A DNA stretch of 64,000 nucleotides from positions 1 to 64,000 of IMG/VR virus record IMGVR_UViG_3300003543_000059. The stretch is one strand, 5' to 3'. How positions within the stretch are numbered: the first letter of the stretch is position 1; each line of letters begins with the position of its first letter. This DNA comes from a virus. Under the pieces are notes generated by a model, which saw only the letters and a list, made by a program, of their open reading frames with translations, had not been told where the DNA came from and did not search any database. Both the position numbers and the translations under genes were made by a program. This document shows positions 19,695 through 29,375 of this stretch, piece by piece.

Positions 19695-21438
19695 TTTTCT
19701 ATCTGTAGATTTTAAAAACTTTCAAAGTTATGGTAATGCTGTTACTAGTTTCACTTTTAATAGTGATGGCACCAATCTTATCAATGGCGAAAATGGTGCT
19801 GGTAAATCCTCCATCATTTCAGCATTGGTGTATGGTTGCTATGGTAAATCCACCGAAGGGCTTAAAGACAACGACTTAATCAACAATATCAACGGTAAAA
19901 ATATGGAAGTTACTGTTATATTTGAGAAAGGTGGGACGTATTACAAAGTCTATCGCGGTAGAAAGACCAAAGATGGTGACCAAGTTCGTCTATGGGAAAA
20001 TGATGTTAATGATTTTCCCAGTACAGAGGTTTTCAACGATAAGAATGAAAAAACACTGGTTCCTGCCAAGTTTACGAACGATAAGGTTGAACGTATCATT
20101 AACATTTCCTATGAGTTGTTCATTAGAATCGTGGTGTTTTCTGCTAATAGCAAACCGTTCTTTGAACTAACACCTCGCACTGGAGCGGCAAACCAATCAG
20201 ACATCATTGAAGAACTTTTCGAAATCACTGAGTTGGCTGCAAATGCTGACAAGCTTAAAGATAAGACCAAAGAAACTGACACAGCTTTACAGGTTGAAAT
20301 GTCAAAGTCTGAAATGGTGGTCAAAGAACTTGAACGTTATAAAATTCAAATCACCAACATTGAAACGCGTATAGCAAAATGGGATGTCGATACTAAAGAC
20401 ACAATATCTAAGCTTAAAAAAGCTTTAGGTAAAGTTGAAGATGTTTCATTAGAAGATGAAAAGGGTTTTCATAAACAACGTGATGATTTACAAAAAGAAA
20501 TCAATGATGTTGAAGGTAAAATTAAAACTTTGAAAAGTCATATTCGAGATGAACTGTGTAGTAAGCTTAAACTTATCAATGAGTTAGAGCATCTTAATAA
20601 TGCTGAATGTCCGTATTGTTTTCAAAAGTTTGAGGCACCGGAAAAGATTGAATCGTGTGGTGCGTCGATTAAGACACATGACGAAACTATAGCTCTCACT
20701 GATGAAGCCAAAAGCAAGCTTGATGATGAACTTCGTGATTATCTAACCAACATGGATTTGATTACAGATTCCATAACGATTGATAACTTAGAAGAATTGT
20801 TAGCTATTCAGAATCAGAAAGAAGTGATACTGGACAAAATTGATGATTTGAAACAATCTGTGAACCCACACAACGAATCATTAACCGAGTTGAAGGATTC
20901 ACCTGTTAAATCGCATGATATGAGCCTTATCAATGACTTAACTACGAGAAAGGAACATCAAAAATTCTTGTATAAATTGTTGACAGATAAGAATAGCTTT
21001 ATTCGTAAAACTTTACTAAATAAACATCTACCGTATCTTAATGAAAGGTTGTATTACTATCTAACTGAGATGAATTTACCGCATACGGTGGAATTTGGGC
21101 AAGATTTAAGCGCAGTAATAACAAAGTATGGCAAGACTCTTAACTTTAAGAGTTTGTCCACTGGTCAACGTTCTCGTGTGAATTTGGCGTTATCATTTGC
21201 TTTCCGTGATATATTGCAGAAAATTTATGGTATGATTAACATTTACATTCTGGACGAAGTGTTAGACCGTGGCTTAGATAGTGAAGGTGTGGAATTAGCT
21301 GCAAAGCTATTGAAACGTAAAGGGGTTGAAGAAGATGTATCGATTTACATCATTACACATCGTAATGAGCTAGATAACTTCTTCGACAATATTATAACAG
21401 TAGAAATGGATAACAATTTTTCAAGGATTAAAGAATGA
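19687..21438 (+). CDS. gp46: Recombination ATPase, Rad50/SbcC-like
   Basis: GENGAGKS, CPYC zinc hook, LSTGQ signature, LDEVLD, ITH. Confidence 0.95.
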   Translation: MINFLSVDFKNFQSYGNAVTSFTFNSDGTNLINGENGAGKSSIISALVYGCYGKSTEGLKDNDLINNINGKNMEVTVIFEKGGTYYKVYRGRKTKDGDQVRLWENDVNDFPSTEVFNDKNEKTLVPAKFTNDKVERIINISYELFIRIVVFSANSKPFFELTPRTGAANQSDIIEELFEITELAANADKLKDKTKETDTALQVEMSKSEMVVKELERYKIQITNIETRIAKWDVDTKDTISKLKKALGKVEDVSLEDEKGFHKQRDDLQKEINDVEGKIKTLKSHIRDELCSKLKLINELEHLNNAECPYCFQKFEAPEKIESCGASIKTHDETIALTDEAKSKLDDELRDYLTNMDLITDSITIDNLEELLAIQNQKEVILDKIDDLKQSVNPHNESLTELKDSPVKSHDMSLINDLTTRKEHQKFLYKLLTDKNSFIRKTLLNKHLPYLNERLYYYLTEMNLPHTVEFGQDLSAVITKYGKTLNFKSLSTGQRSRVNLALSFAFRDILQKIYGMINIYILDEVLDRGLDSEGVELAAKLLKRKGVEEDVSIYIITHRNELDNFFDNIITVEMDNNFSRIKE

Positions 21439-21625
21439 TACGATTCGTAAGTAAGATTTTACCAGCAAAATTAGTAATGGAATTGGAATGTGCTGCTAGT
21501 GATAGGGGTATGACTATAGTAGATTTTTTGTGGTTTGTTATAAACAAGCATGACGAGAATACTTTATAGCAGGTACCAGTTTGCCGCTACGAAGCTTTTT
21601 GCCGCCCAAAAACGCTCATAACTAA

Positions 21626-21868
21626 TTGATTTATATGTCAGAAAAGAGAAAACCAACATACACACTGTTGCTCAAAAAAGAGGGCAACACAAAATCCGAT
21701 AAATTGGAGCTTTTTGATAAGTTTTTGTACCCAGAATTTAAGAATAGAGGTGGTGTTTGGCGGCTTCGTGTTAATGGTAAATGGTTTCCCGCAAATGCGA
21801 AAGAACCTAGATTTTTTACAGGAACAGAAGTTCGGAATATGTTCTTTAGGCAGATAATGTTATGGTAG
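21626..21868 (+). CDS. Hypothetical protein
   Basis: WRLRVNGKW motif; start probably 21635. Confidence 0.55.
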   Translation: MIYMSEKRKPTYTLLLKKEGNTKSDKLELFDKFLYPEFKNRGGVWRLRVNGKWFPANAKEPRFFTGTEVRNMFFRQIMLW

Positions 21869-22122
21869 TTAATATTAAAGATGATGAATGCGACATTTAC
21901 ATAGGTCGTGGTTCAAAGTGGGGTAATCCTTTTCGCATTAATATTGATGGTAATCGTGAAGAAGTTTTAGCCTTATATGAAATGTGGCTTATGAACAACC
22001 CAGAATTAATGACAGATTTACCTGAGTTAGAAGGTAAGATATTGGGGTGCCACTGTAAGCCTAAAGCTTGTCATGGTGATATTATTGAACAACTAATAGA
22101 AGTAAAAAAATATGTTGACTGA
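21862..22122 (+). CDS. DUF4326-family protein
   Basis: YIGRGSKWGNPF..LGCHCKPKACHGD. Confidence 0.9.
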   Translation: MVVNIKDDECDIYIGRGSKWGNPFRINIDGNREEVLALYEMWLMNNPELMTDLPELEGKILGCHCKPKACHGDIIEQLIEVKKYVD

Positions 22123-22465
22123 TTTTGAAACAGGGTTTAACGATGAAACCTCTTATATGGATTATCTAAGAACTTACCCTAGAGATGGTAAGCACCTAAT
22201 ACTGCATACAGATTTACCGTGTAGTATCACAAAAGGTTCCGACCCTTTCTGGTTTCGTGACGATAAAAATATAGACCGCGAAAGTAAAACACAATTCTGG
22301 TATGTTAGTTTTGATTTGATGCCATATAATATCCCTATAAAGGCATTTCTGACTGTAGAGAATGCTTATAAGTATGCTCTATCGTGCTACATTAACTATC
22401 TAGATGTTGAATCCAAACGTTGTCATGATATTCTAATCAATCTGAATCTCCCACCAAAGGAGTGA
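22112..22465 (+). CDS. Hypothetical protein
   Basis: Coupled ORF. Confidence 0.6.
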   Translation: MLTDFETGFNDETSYMDYLRTYPRDGKHLILHTDLPCSITKGSDPFWFRDDKNIDRESKTQFWYVSFDLMPYNIPIKAFLTVENAYKYALSCYINYLDVESKRCHDILINLNLPPKE

Positions 22466-22512
22466 TTTTTAAGCTTTATAAATAGTTGAAAAACTATGAT
22501 AAGGCTTAAAAA
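22466..22512 (+). promoter_or_regulatory. Late promoter inside an RBS-sequestering hairpin
   Basis: TTTTTAAGCTTTAT / ATAAGGCTTAAAAA arms; TATAAATA at 22477-22484. Confidence 0.75.
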
Positions 22513-22992
22513 ATGTATAAAATTACTATGGGGATTGACCAATCTTTTTCTTGCACTGGTATTGTTGTTTTTGATGGCAATGATTATATGATTCATCATC
22601 AAACTATTAAGACTAAAAAAGAAGAAGGTTCTATATTTAAACGAAGTCTAATAATAACTAATAATATTATAGATTTAATTAAATTATATGGCGTAGACCG
22701 AATTAATATTGAAGGATTAGCATTTGGGAATATGCCAGGTAATGCTACTAGAGATTTAGCGTGTTTACAAGGCGTGATAATAACTAAAATATTAGATGTA
22801 TTGGGTAAAGAATGTAATATTATACCGCCTAAAACTGTTAAAAAAATAGCTACTGGTAATGGTAATGCCTCAAAAAGTGATATGATAGCATCATTACCAG
22901 AAAAAATATTAGAAGAGTTTAAATTAAAAGGGTACCGTAAAACCACAGGCATGGCTGATGTGACAGATGCTTTTTTTATTGGTAAATTTTAA
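22513..22992 (+). CDS. ruvC: RuvC-like Holliday junction resolvase
   Basis: GIDQS..TG, IEG, PKTVKK..TGNGNASK, DVTDA. Confidence 0.9.
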   Translation: MYKITMGIDQSFSCTGIVVFDGNDYMIHHQTIKTKKEEGSIFKRSLIITNNIIDLIKLYGVDRINIEGLAFGNMPGNATRDLACLQGVIITKILDVLGKECNIIPPKTVKKIATGNGNASKSDMIASLPEKILEEFKLKGYRKTTGMADVTDAFFIGKF

Positions 22993-23153
22993 TGTGTGTA
23001 TTTAAAAGCGTACTTGGGGTCTTTTTTCATAATCTGTTCGTATGGTGTCATTTCTTTAGGTTCGTGTTGGTGCCAACCCCACACTTGTTGTGGTGATATT
23101 TTGTCGAAACCATGAAGGCTTTCTCTGTCTGCGTGTAAACGATATAAGTCCAT
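22989..23153 (-). CDS. Short 54-aa member of the MNLYKxH family (not in ORF track; possibly truncated)
   Basis: Hand translation MDLYRLHADRESLHGFDK...IMKKDPKYAFKYTH*; CATAAATA at 23188-23181. Confidence 0.6.
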   Translation of the reverse strand: MDLYRLHADRESLHGFDKISPQQVWGWHQHEPKEMTPYEQIMKKDPKYAFKYTH

Positions 23154-23166
23154 TCTTTCAACCTTT

Positions 23167-23188
23167 TATAAATATTACTATATTTATG
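23167..23188. promoter_or_regulatory. Pair of oppositely oriented late promoters between divergent genes
   Basis: TATAAATA (+) 23167-23174; CATAAATA (-) 23188-23181. Confidence 0.6.
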
Positions 23189-23199
23189 AGAAACGACAA

Positions 23200-23488
23200 A
23201 TGAACTTTTTAAAACTACATAATGAACCGGAAAAATTAGCTGGCTATGAAGAGTTGTTAAATAATGCTACTTTTATATGGACAGAGCTTACTGATATGGA
23301 TAGCGCAGATTATGATGAATATTTTGCTGATACCACAGTTCTTGAACCATATGAACATGTTTTAGCGAAAGACCCTTATTATGTGTATATGTATGCGCAT
23401 TATGTATTGGATGCTCAGTTTCCTGAAGGGTGAAGATGCTATAGCAAAAACTTTGTTTGCAAAACAATATAGAGAAGACCAATGGTAG
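23200..23488 (+). pseudogene. Frameshifted repeat-family gene
   Basis: ORF ends FPEG-TGA at GAAGGGTGAA; the +1 frame continues EDAIAK, completing the FPEGEDAIAK repeat. Confidence 0.65.
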
Positions 23489-23934
23489 ATGAAGAAGAAT
23501 TAAACCTATATAGATATTACAGTAAACCACAAGATTTGTATGAGTTTGAAGATACACTTACTGCTAAATTTTTTGAATGGTATGATGGATTTGATGAAAA
23601 CGATTATGATGGTACGTATGAAGAAATTACAGAATCTCCACGATTAGCTTTTTTGTTTGTTAAACGTATGATAGGTAGACCGTTTCCCGCATTGGAAAGT
23701 GTTATAGCTAAAGACGCTAAATATGCGTATCAGTATGCACAAAATATATTAGATGCCCCGTTTCCTGAAGGTGAAGCCGCCATTGCTAAAGATGCGAATC
23801 AATCGTATTTCTATTCTACTGCTGTCTTGGGTGAACCTTTCATCAAAGGCGAAGAAGCCATAAAGAAAAGCAAAGCGTGGAGCAATCATTATTATAGGAA
23901 ATACCCAAACAGGGATTATTTAGGAAGGAAATAA
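23482..23934 (+). CDS. Helical-repeat family paralog
   Basis: LNLYRYYSKPQDL; FPEGEAAIAKD repeats. Confidence 0.8.
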   Translation: MVDEEELNLYRYYSKPQDLYEFEDTLTAKFFEWYDGFDENDYDGTYEEITESPRLAFLFVKRMIGRPFPALESVIAKDAKYAYQYAQNILDAPFPEGEAAIAKDANQSYFYSTAVLGEPFIKGEEAIKKSKAWSNHYYRKYPNRDYLGRK

Positions 23935-23935
23935 A

Positions 23936-24391
23936 ATGTTACTACACGAAATATTTGATAGACCTTTACCATACAAACAGGTAAGCTCTTCGTCACACAA
24001 AGATTCATTTGAATTTACCACATCTGGAGGTATTACAATCAATGTCAATGTGTTTAAGATTCCAGATTTTAGACAAGCTGGTGTTGATATTGATGGTGCT
24101 GGTATAGGGTTTGACTTCCAGAACACAGAATTTGAGGGTGATAAAGAAGGTATAACTGGCACTAGTGACGAGTTTGAAGTTTTTTCGACCGTGATAACCA
24201 TCATTAGGAAAGCGTTGCTAGAACACGACCCTGAGTTGGTAGCATTTGGTGCTCATGAAGGTAACAGACAGTCGTTATACGATAAAATGATTAAGTTTAT
24301 GCAACGTAAATATTCTTATGAACTATTAGATACGCCTCCTGTGATGTTCCCATTGGGTGATTCCAAGTATTATGTGTTGAAAAAACTATGA
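23936..24391 (+). CDS. Hypothetical protein, possible internal head protein (MLLHEIF leader)
   Basis: RBS AGGA; leader resembles other late genes. Confidence 0.7.
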   Translation: MLLHEIFDRPLPYKQVSSSSHKDSFEFTTSGGITINVNVFKIPDFRQAGVDIDGAGIGFDFQNTEFEGDKEGITGTSDEFEVFSTVITIIRKALLEHDPELVAFGAHEGNRQSLYDKMIKFMQRKYSYELLDTPPVMFPLGDSKYYVLKKL

Positions 24392-24759
24392 TAGAATTCA
24401 ATCTATACAAAATATTTAATAACCCAGAAGAGCTGGATTTATATGATGGGATGGTTAATGGTAATGTGGATATATTCTGGGATACGTATAAAGATAATGC
24501 TGATAAGCTTAAAACTAATGAAAATTTGATTTCTAGTCGAGCAGATTATTCATACAAATACGCTAAAAACATATTAGATGGACAACGTTTCCCTAAAGGT
24601 GAAGATGCCATTGCCACTAATGCTGAATACGCATTTAGATATGCTAGAGATACGTTGAAAAAAAGATTTAAAAAAGGTGAGGATGTCATCTATAAAAGTG
24701 AATATTCTGATATATATGACGATTTCCTCCAATCTTTAAAGAATATACCAGTAGATTGA
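24388..24759 (+). CDS. Helical-repeat family paralog
   Basis: FNLYKIFNNPEEL; FPKGEDAIATNAEYA. Confidence 0.8.
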   Translation: MIEFNLYKIFNNPEELDLYDGMVNGNVDIFWDTYKDNADKLKTNENLISSRADYSYKYAKNILDGQRFPKGEDAIATNAEYAFRYARDTLKKRFKKGEDVIYKSEYSDIYDDFLQSLKNIPVD

Positions 24760-24800
24760 TAAATAATATAAATACTTTAAAAATATATAAAGGAAACACA

Positions 24801-25583
24801 ATGTTACTATTAGAAATATTCAAAAAAATGAGTCTTACCGAAACATTTGTAATGCTGTTGATGGAAGGTAAGCTTGACAAAATGGCAGAAATGTATTCTG
24901 AAAAGTTGGAAGACCGTTTTGATAATGATAATCGAGTTCCCGCCAATATGAAAGCCAGATTAAGTCAAGGTGAGAACATTGCTGGTAATTTGATAAACCT
25001 ATTTGCCGAAATTGACCCAACTCGTAAAAAAAGCAACGTTCAATGGATGATTATACAATATATTAAAGGTGAACATTTAGAAGATATTGACCATGCTAAA
25101 AGGGCATTAACCACACTTGAAAAATATAAAGGGAAAATAGCAAAGAATCAAATCATGCAATATAAAAGTATTGCTGAATTGAATGCAGAAATTGAAAAGG
25201 TTATTAAAAGTGGTGATGTAAATGATTTAGACAACATTCCACCCGAAGAAGCCACGTATGTTGTGAATTCGCCTAACTTTAAAATCATTATACCTAAAAC
25301 ACATAAAGCTTCTTGTAAGTATGGTGCGTCAGGTTGGTGTACTACTAATGACGATGACCATTATTATAAAAATTATACTGGTCAAGGTGATTTATACATC
25401 ATAATGGTTGGTGGTGGTACAGACCCTAAGAAATATCAATTATCTTATGAAGGCGGGGAATTTAATAACTCTCAAAATAAACCTTTAACACAGCATGATA
25501 TAGATACTTTGTCTAAATTTCCACAGTATAAAGATTTCTTGAACATGTTGATTAAAAAGCATTATTCTAAGTATTTCAAATAA
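24801..25583 (+). CDS. PcfJ-related domain protein with putative capsid-targeting leader
   Basis: Start moved to 24801 (RBS AAGGA, TATAAATA 24767-24774); IIIPKTHKASCKYG..WCT motif. Confidence 0.6.
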   Translation: MLLLEIFKKMSLTETFVMLLMEGKLDKMAEMYSEKLEDRFDNDNRVPANMKARLSQGENIAGNLINLFAEIDPTRKKSNVQWMIIQYIKGEHLEDIDHAKRALTTLEKYKGKIAKNQIMQYKSIAELNAEIEKVIKSGDVNDLDNIPPEEATYVVNSPNFKIIIPKTHKASCKYGASGWCTTNDDDHYYKNYTGQGDLYIIMVGGGTDPKKYQLSYEGGEFNNSQNKPLTQHDIDTLSKFPQYKDFLNMLIKKHYSKYFK

Positions 25584-25591
25584 TTAGTACC

Positions 25592-26125
25592 ATGACTTTC
25601 AAACAATATTTGGTTGAAAGTGGTGTACTAGATGACATTTTAGGTAGTTTCGATTCTGATTCTCAAGAGTCGCAGCTACCTAAAGCTCCACCACCTACTA
25701 ACATTCCACCTCGAATTATACAAGCACCCAAACAAGATAAGTTTGTAGATTACTATTATGGTATGGAACTCAAGAAATTGCTACGTGGTGAACCTATTAC
25801 TATAAAAAATATTGCCGAACTTTATGCGTTTGATTATATGGCTCCTAGAGATAGCGTGACGTTAAATTTGTCAGTTGATGACATTGCAAAATATAAAGAA
25901 TATGATATAACCCGTGAACAAGAACCTGAACGTTGGGGTAAATTGTATTCATCAATCAAAGCTAATGGGGTGCAAACCGCTGGCACCATAATTTTAGACC
26001 GGATTCATAATGGCAGTAATGCTGGAAGTGTTGGTGTATTGTTAGGTGAAGGTAATCATCGGTTAGCTATTAGTATAGCGTTGGGCTTAAAAACAATGCC
26101 TATAAATTTCAGCGTCAAAAAGTAA
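25592..26125 (+). CDS. ParB/sulfiredoxin-like domain protein with MTFKQYLVE leader
   Basis: LYSSIKANG...LGEGNHRLA...LGLKTMP. Confidence 0.7.
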   Translation: MTFKQYLVESGVLDDILGSFDSDSQESQLPKAPPPTNIPPRIIQAPKQDKFVDYYYGMELKKLLRGEPITIKNIAELYAFDYMAPRDSVTLNLSVDDIAKYKEYDITREQEPERWGKLYSSIKANGVQTAGTIILDRIHNGSNAGSVGVLLGEGNHRLAISIALGLKTMPINFSVKK

Positions 26126-26131
26126 GACCCC

Positions 26132-26190
26132 ATCACAAAATTAAATTTGCAATTCTCTACCGTGTTGGTATAATAGACTCAACTTAAACA
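26132..26190 (+). promoter_or_regulatory. Early promoter element copy 2
   Basis: TTTGCA 26146-26151, TATAAT 26169-26174, AGACTCAACTTAAAC. Confidence 0.85.
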
Positions 26191-26202
26191 AAGGTGAGCA
26201 TC

Positions 26203-26520
26203 ATGGCTAAGAAAATATTCAAATTCATCAACACTGCGGGTCATGGTTATCTGGTAGTCCCAAACAAAATCATTAAAAAATATCTTGAACTTCTTATTGA
26301 CACAGATAAGTTATCTGATGTATCATACAGCTATTGGCAAAGAAAGAATTGCTATCTTGAAGAAGATGTTGAAGCTTATAAATTTCTTGAATGGTATGAA
26401 AAAGATGTGGGCGTAAAGCCTTCCATTTCTGAAACATATCAAGAAGATATTCGTAAAACACGTCCAATAAATTGGGTGGTAGGTATCGACCAAGCTGATG
26501 GTTCGCATTGGATTATATAA
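26203..26520 (+). CDS. Early hypothetical protein
   Basis: TAGHGYLVV..YLEED motif; RBS AGGTG. Confidence 0.75.
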   Translation: MAKKIFKFINTAGHGYLVVPNKIIKKYLELLIDTDKLSDVSYSYWQRKNCYLEEDVEAYKFLEWYEKDVGVKPSISETYQEDIRKTRPINWVVGIDQADGSHWII

Positions 26521-26714
26521 CCATGAATGAGTTATTACAATGGGAAATTGATTGGATTAATGCCCACCCAGAACGGTACGAAGGGACAATGCACAGGAAA
26601 GCTGTCATTGGAAATATAACAAAAATGTATCAACTCAGAGAAGTAAAAAAATTTATAAAACATTTTAATGATAATCTTGATATTATACAACAAAATAAAT
26701 ACCAATCAATATAA
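26508..26714 (+). CDS. Hypothetical protein
   Basis: Coupled ORF. Confidence 0.5.
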   Translation: MDYITMNELLQWEIDWINAHPERYEGTMHRKAVIGNITKMYQLREVKKFIKHFNDNLDIIQQNKYQSI

Positions 26715-26744
26715 TAGCTATAACTTAACCAAAAAGGTAATGAT

Positions 26745-27032
26745 ATGAGCAATTACACATTTAAAACTTCCGTGGTCACTATACGTGATGTCGAGCATGA
26801 GGTTGTAGTGAATTTTGACTATTCACCACCGGAAGAAGAAAAATTCAATCCACTGGAAGGTATTGGGAATCCATATTCCCCAGCAGAAGTTTCTTTACTC
26901 AGTGTTGACACTGTACTTTTCAATGCTACAACTTTAAATTTTGTTGATGTCCCTGACCAACTACCTAAATCTGAATGGGATTTGTTGGAAATGAGAGCGT
27001 TTGACCATGTGGAAGAAGTGGAAGGTGAATAA
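26745..27032 (+). CDS. Hypothetical protein
   Basis: RBS AAGGT. Confidence 0.7.
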   Translation: MSNYTFKTSVVTIRDVEHEVVVNFDYSPPEEEKFNPLEGIGNPYSPAEVSLLSVDTVLFNATTLNFVDVPDQLPKSEWDLLEMRAFDHVEEVEGE

Positions 27033-27439
27033 TGAACTTAATATTATCAGAACATGCAGCACACCGTTGGGAAGCAAGATTTCCTAATATAAATTTTTAC
27101 GCTGTGGTACCAACAGCAATAAGGTTAACATCAAGATTCGCCAGAGTTTTCAGACAACGCCACGAAGATGCTTCTGGTTGCCTAGAGCGAAGAGATTATT
27201 ACTACGTTTACGAGGCTGGGATTATTTTAGTCTGTCATGGTAAAATTGTGGTCACGGTTCTTAAAACATCTCGCGAAATGCATGAGTTTCTTAACAGATG
27301 CCAATTGAAAAAAGAAAATTCTGCATTAAGACCACAATATAAATCTAAAACGTGTGGTATCATTAAACGTGAAAAACAAGCGAGACACGATAGAAGACCT
27401 CCTTCTAATCGTGATATACTAAACGAATACGCATTTTAA
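27032..27439 (+). CDS. Hypothetical protein, DUF4258/RelE-like pattern
   Basis: LSEHAAHRW..R and IVVTV. Confidence 0.5.
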   Translation: MNLILSEHAAHRWEARFPNINFYAVVPTAIRLTSRFARVFRQRHEDASGCLERRDYYYVYEAGIILVCHGKIVVTVLKTSREMHEFLNRCQLKKENSALRPQYKSKTCGIIKREKQARHDRRPPSNRDILNEYAF

Positions 27440-27442
27440 TAT

Positions 27443-29041
27443 ATGACAATAATGGATAGTTGGGTATCAGAGCATACCCCAAGAATTTCCCAAGAAAAAG
27501 GGTTGGGGTGGTTAGAAGAACAAACCACCAAATATAATATAGTAGAAATGCCAGTCGGTGCTGGAAAGTCAACCTATGGATTAACATATTCAAATTGGCT
27601 TTCTGGTGATACTGGTGGTGATTCTTTTATACTAACACCTCAAAAAATCTTACAAGCTCAATATGAAACAGAAAAACTTTTAAAACCTAATGGGTTAGCT
27701 TCGCTGTACGGTAAAGCTAACTATTCATGTATGGATTTAGAAACATCTTGTGACCTTGGGTTGAAGTTTAAAGGTAAAGATTCATGTAAATATTGCATCT
27801 ATAAAGCAGCCTTAGACCGTGCTGTACGAAGTAATAACTTGGTTCTGAACTACACGTTAGCCTTATTGATGTTTGGTTACACTGGAGTGTTTGAGCCTCG
27901 TAAACTGATGATATGTGACGAAGCGCATAATCTTGAAAGCCAATTAGTAGATTTCAATTTAGTTTCGATTAACAGTAAACGGTTAGATATGCTAGGTATG
28001 GGTAAAAAGTTACCTGTGTTTGGTATAATTGATAGTGCATTTAACTGGCTCGATGATACCTATGAGCCTATATTGAAAGAAAAAGTTCTGCGTTTAGAAG
28101 ATGAAGCAGAAGATATTGTTGAATACACAATGCCTAAGATGATGAAGCCGGAAGAACGATATGTTCTAAAGATGGCTGAAAAACTTCGTAATCATTTAGA
28201 TGTGGTTAACACATTTTTAAACAAAGGGTTAGATGTTATTGGTAAAGATTTTGTATTGATGTCTGATGATGATACATTGCAGTTTAAATCTATCTACGGT
28301 AAAACAAATTTCCGTGAAATGTTAGACCCAATGGCAGACAAATTTTTGTTTATGTCTGGTACCATCATTGATAAAAATGAATACAGCAAAAGCCTTGGGC
28401 TAGACCCTGATGAAGTTTCGTTCTTATCGCTTGATTCAGAATTTTCATCTTCGAATAGACCTGTAGTTTATATGGGTGGTACAAAAGTTAACGCTAAATG
28501 GATGCAACCCGAAAATGATGCAGGTAGAGATAAGTATCTTGATAACATTAAAGAGATACTATCACTACACAAAAACGAAAAAGGCATCATACACACTGGA
28601 AACTTTAAAATAGCTGAATGGTTGGTGGAACGATTAGAAGATGGGAACCACACGATTTACCATCATAATCCTGGTTCCGACCATAAAAGAGAAGCTATAA
28701 TCAAAGCATACTTATTAGACCCTAAACCAAGCATCATGATTTCTCCATCAATGACAGAAGGTGTTGATTTGAAAAATGATTTGGGTAGGTTTGCTATCAT
28801 TGCTAAATTAGCATTCCCTTATCTTGGCGATAAATGGATTAAAAAACGTTTAGAATTATCACAAGAATGGTATGCTATTGAAGTTGTGAAAGCAATGATT
28901 CAAGGGTGTGGTCGTGTAGTGAGGTCTAAGACTGATTTAGGTACATGTTATATCGTTGATGAATCGTGGGCTTACTTCTATCGTAAGAACGCTCATTTGT
29001 TCCCTAAATGGTGGCGTGAAGCTTACGTTGTGATAGATTAA
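27443..29041 (+). CDS. dinG: DinG/XPD-family SF2 helicase with Fe-S cysteines
   Basis: MPVGAGKS, GKANYSC..C..C..C, DEAH, MSGT, EGVD, QGCGRVVR. Confidence 0.92.
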   Translation: MTIMDSWVSEHTPRISQEKGLGWLEEQTTKYNIVEMPVGAGKSTYGLTYSNWLSGDTGGDSFILTPQKILQAQYETEKLLKPNGLASLYGKANYSCMDLETSCDLGLKFKGKDSCKYCIYKAALDRAVRSNNLVLNYTLALLMFGYTGVFEPRKLMICDEAHNLESQLVDFNLVSINSKRLDMLGMGKKLPVFGIIDSAFNWLDDTYEPILKEKVLRLEDEAEDIVEYTMPKMMKPEERYVLKMAEKLRNHLDVVNTFLNKGLDVIGKDFVLMSDDDTLQFKSIYGKTNFREMLDPMADKFLFMSGTIIDKNEYSKSLGLDPDEVSFLSLDSEFSSSNRPVVYMGGTKVNAKWMQPENDAGRDKYLDNIKEILSLHKNEKGIIHTGNFKIAEWLVERLEDGNHTIYHHNPGSDHKREAIIKAYLLDPKPSIMISPSMTEGVDLKNDLGRFAIIAKLAFPYLGDKWIKKRLELSQEWYAIEVVKAMIQGCGRVVRSKTDLGTCYIVDESWAYFYRKNAHLFPKWWREAYVVID

Positions 29042-29043
29042 TT

Positions 29044-29334
29044 ATGAATAAAGATATTTTTGTATTTGCTGTCGGGATAAACGCATTCTATGATTTTAAA
29101 ATGAATGAGCTTGATGGTAACGAGCCTTATCGTATACCTAGAATGGTTTATGTTGGTAATGTTAATGCTTGTAGAGGTATTGCTAAACCAACAATCATCA
29201 TTCTTGATGGTGCTGAACATAATAAAAGATATAACGCAGAATTCTTTAAAGGATTGATTGATATACCATTTAGCGACATTGACCGAATGATATTAGAAAA
29301 TTTTCAGATTAAAATCTTGCAAACTTATTTGTAG
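29044..29334 (+). CDS. Hypothetical protein
   Basis: Coupled ORF. Confidence 0.55.
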   Translation: MNKDIFVFAVGINAFYDFKMNELDGNEPYRIPRMVYVGNVNACRGIAKPTIIILDGAEHNKRYNAEFFKGLIDIPFSDIDRMILENFQIKILQTYL

Positions 29335-29360
29335 CTGTTATAATAGACCCATCTTAAACA
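29311..29360 (+). promoter_or_regulatory. Early promoter element copy 3
   Basis: CTTGCA 29316-29321, TATAAT 29339-29344, AGACCCATCTTAAAC. Confidence 0.75.
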
Positions 29361-29375
29361 AAAACGGTGACTGTT

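Noticed and set aside
21435-21569. 44-aa ribbon-helix-helix-like ORF after gp46
   Set aside because: Plausible ATGA coupling, but too short to assign a fold or function by eye
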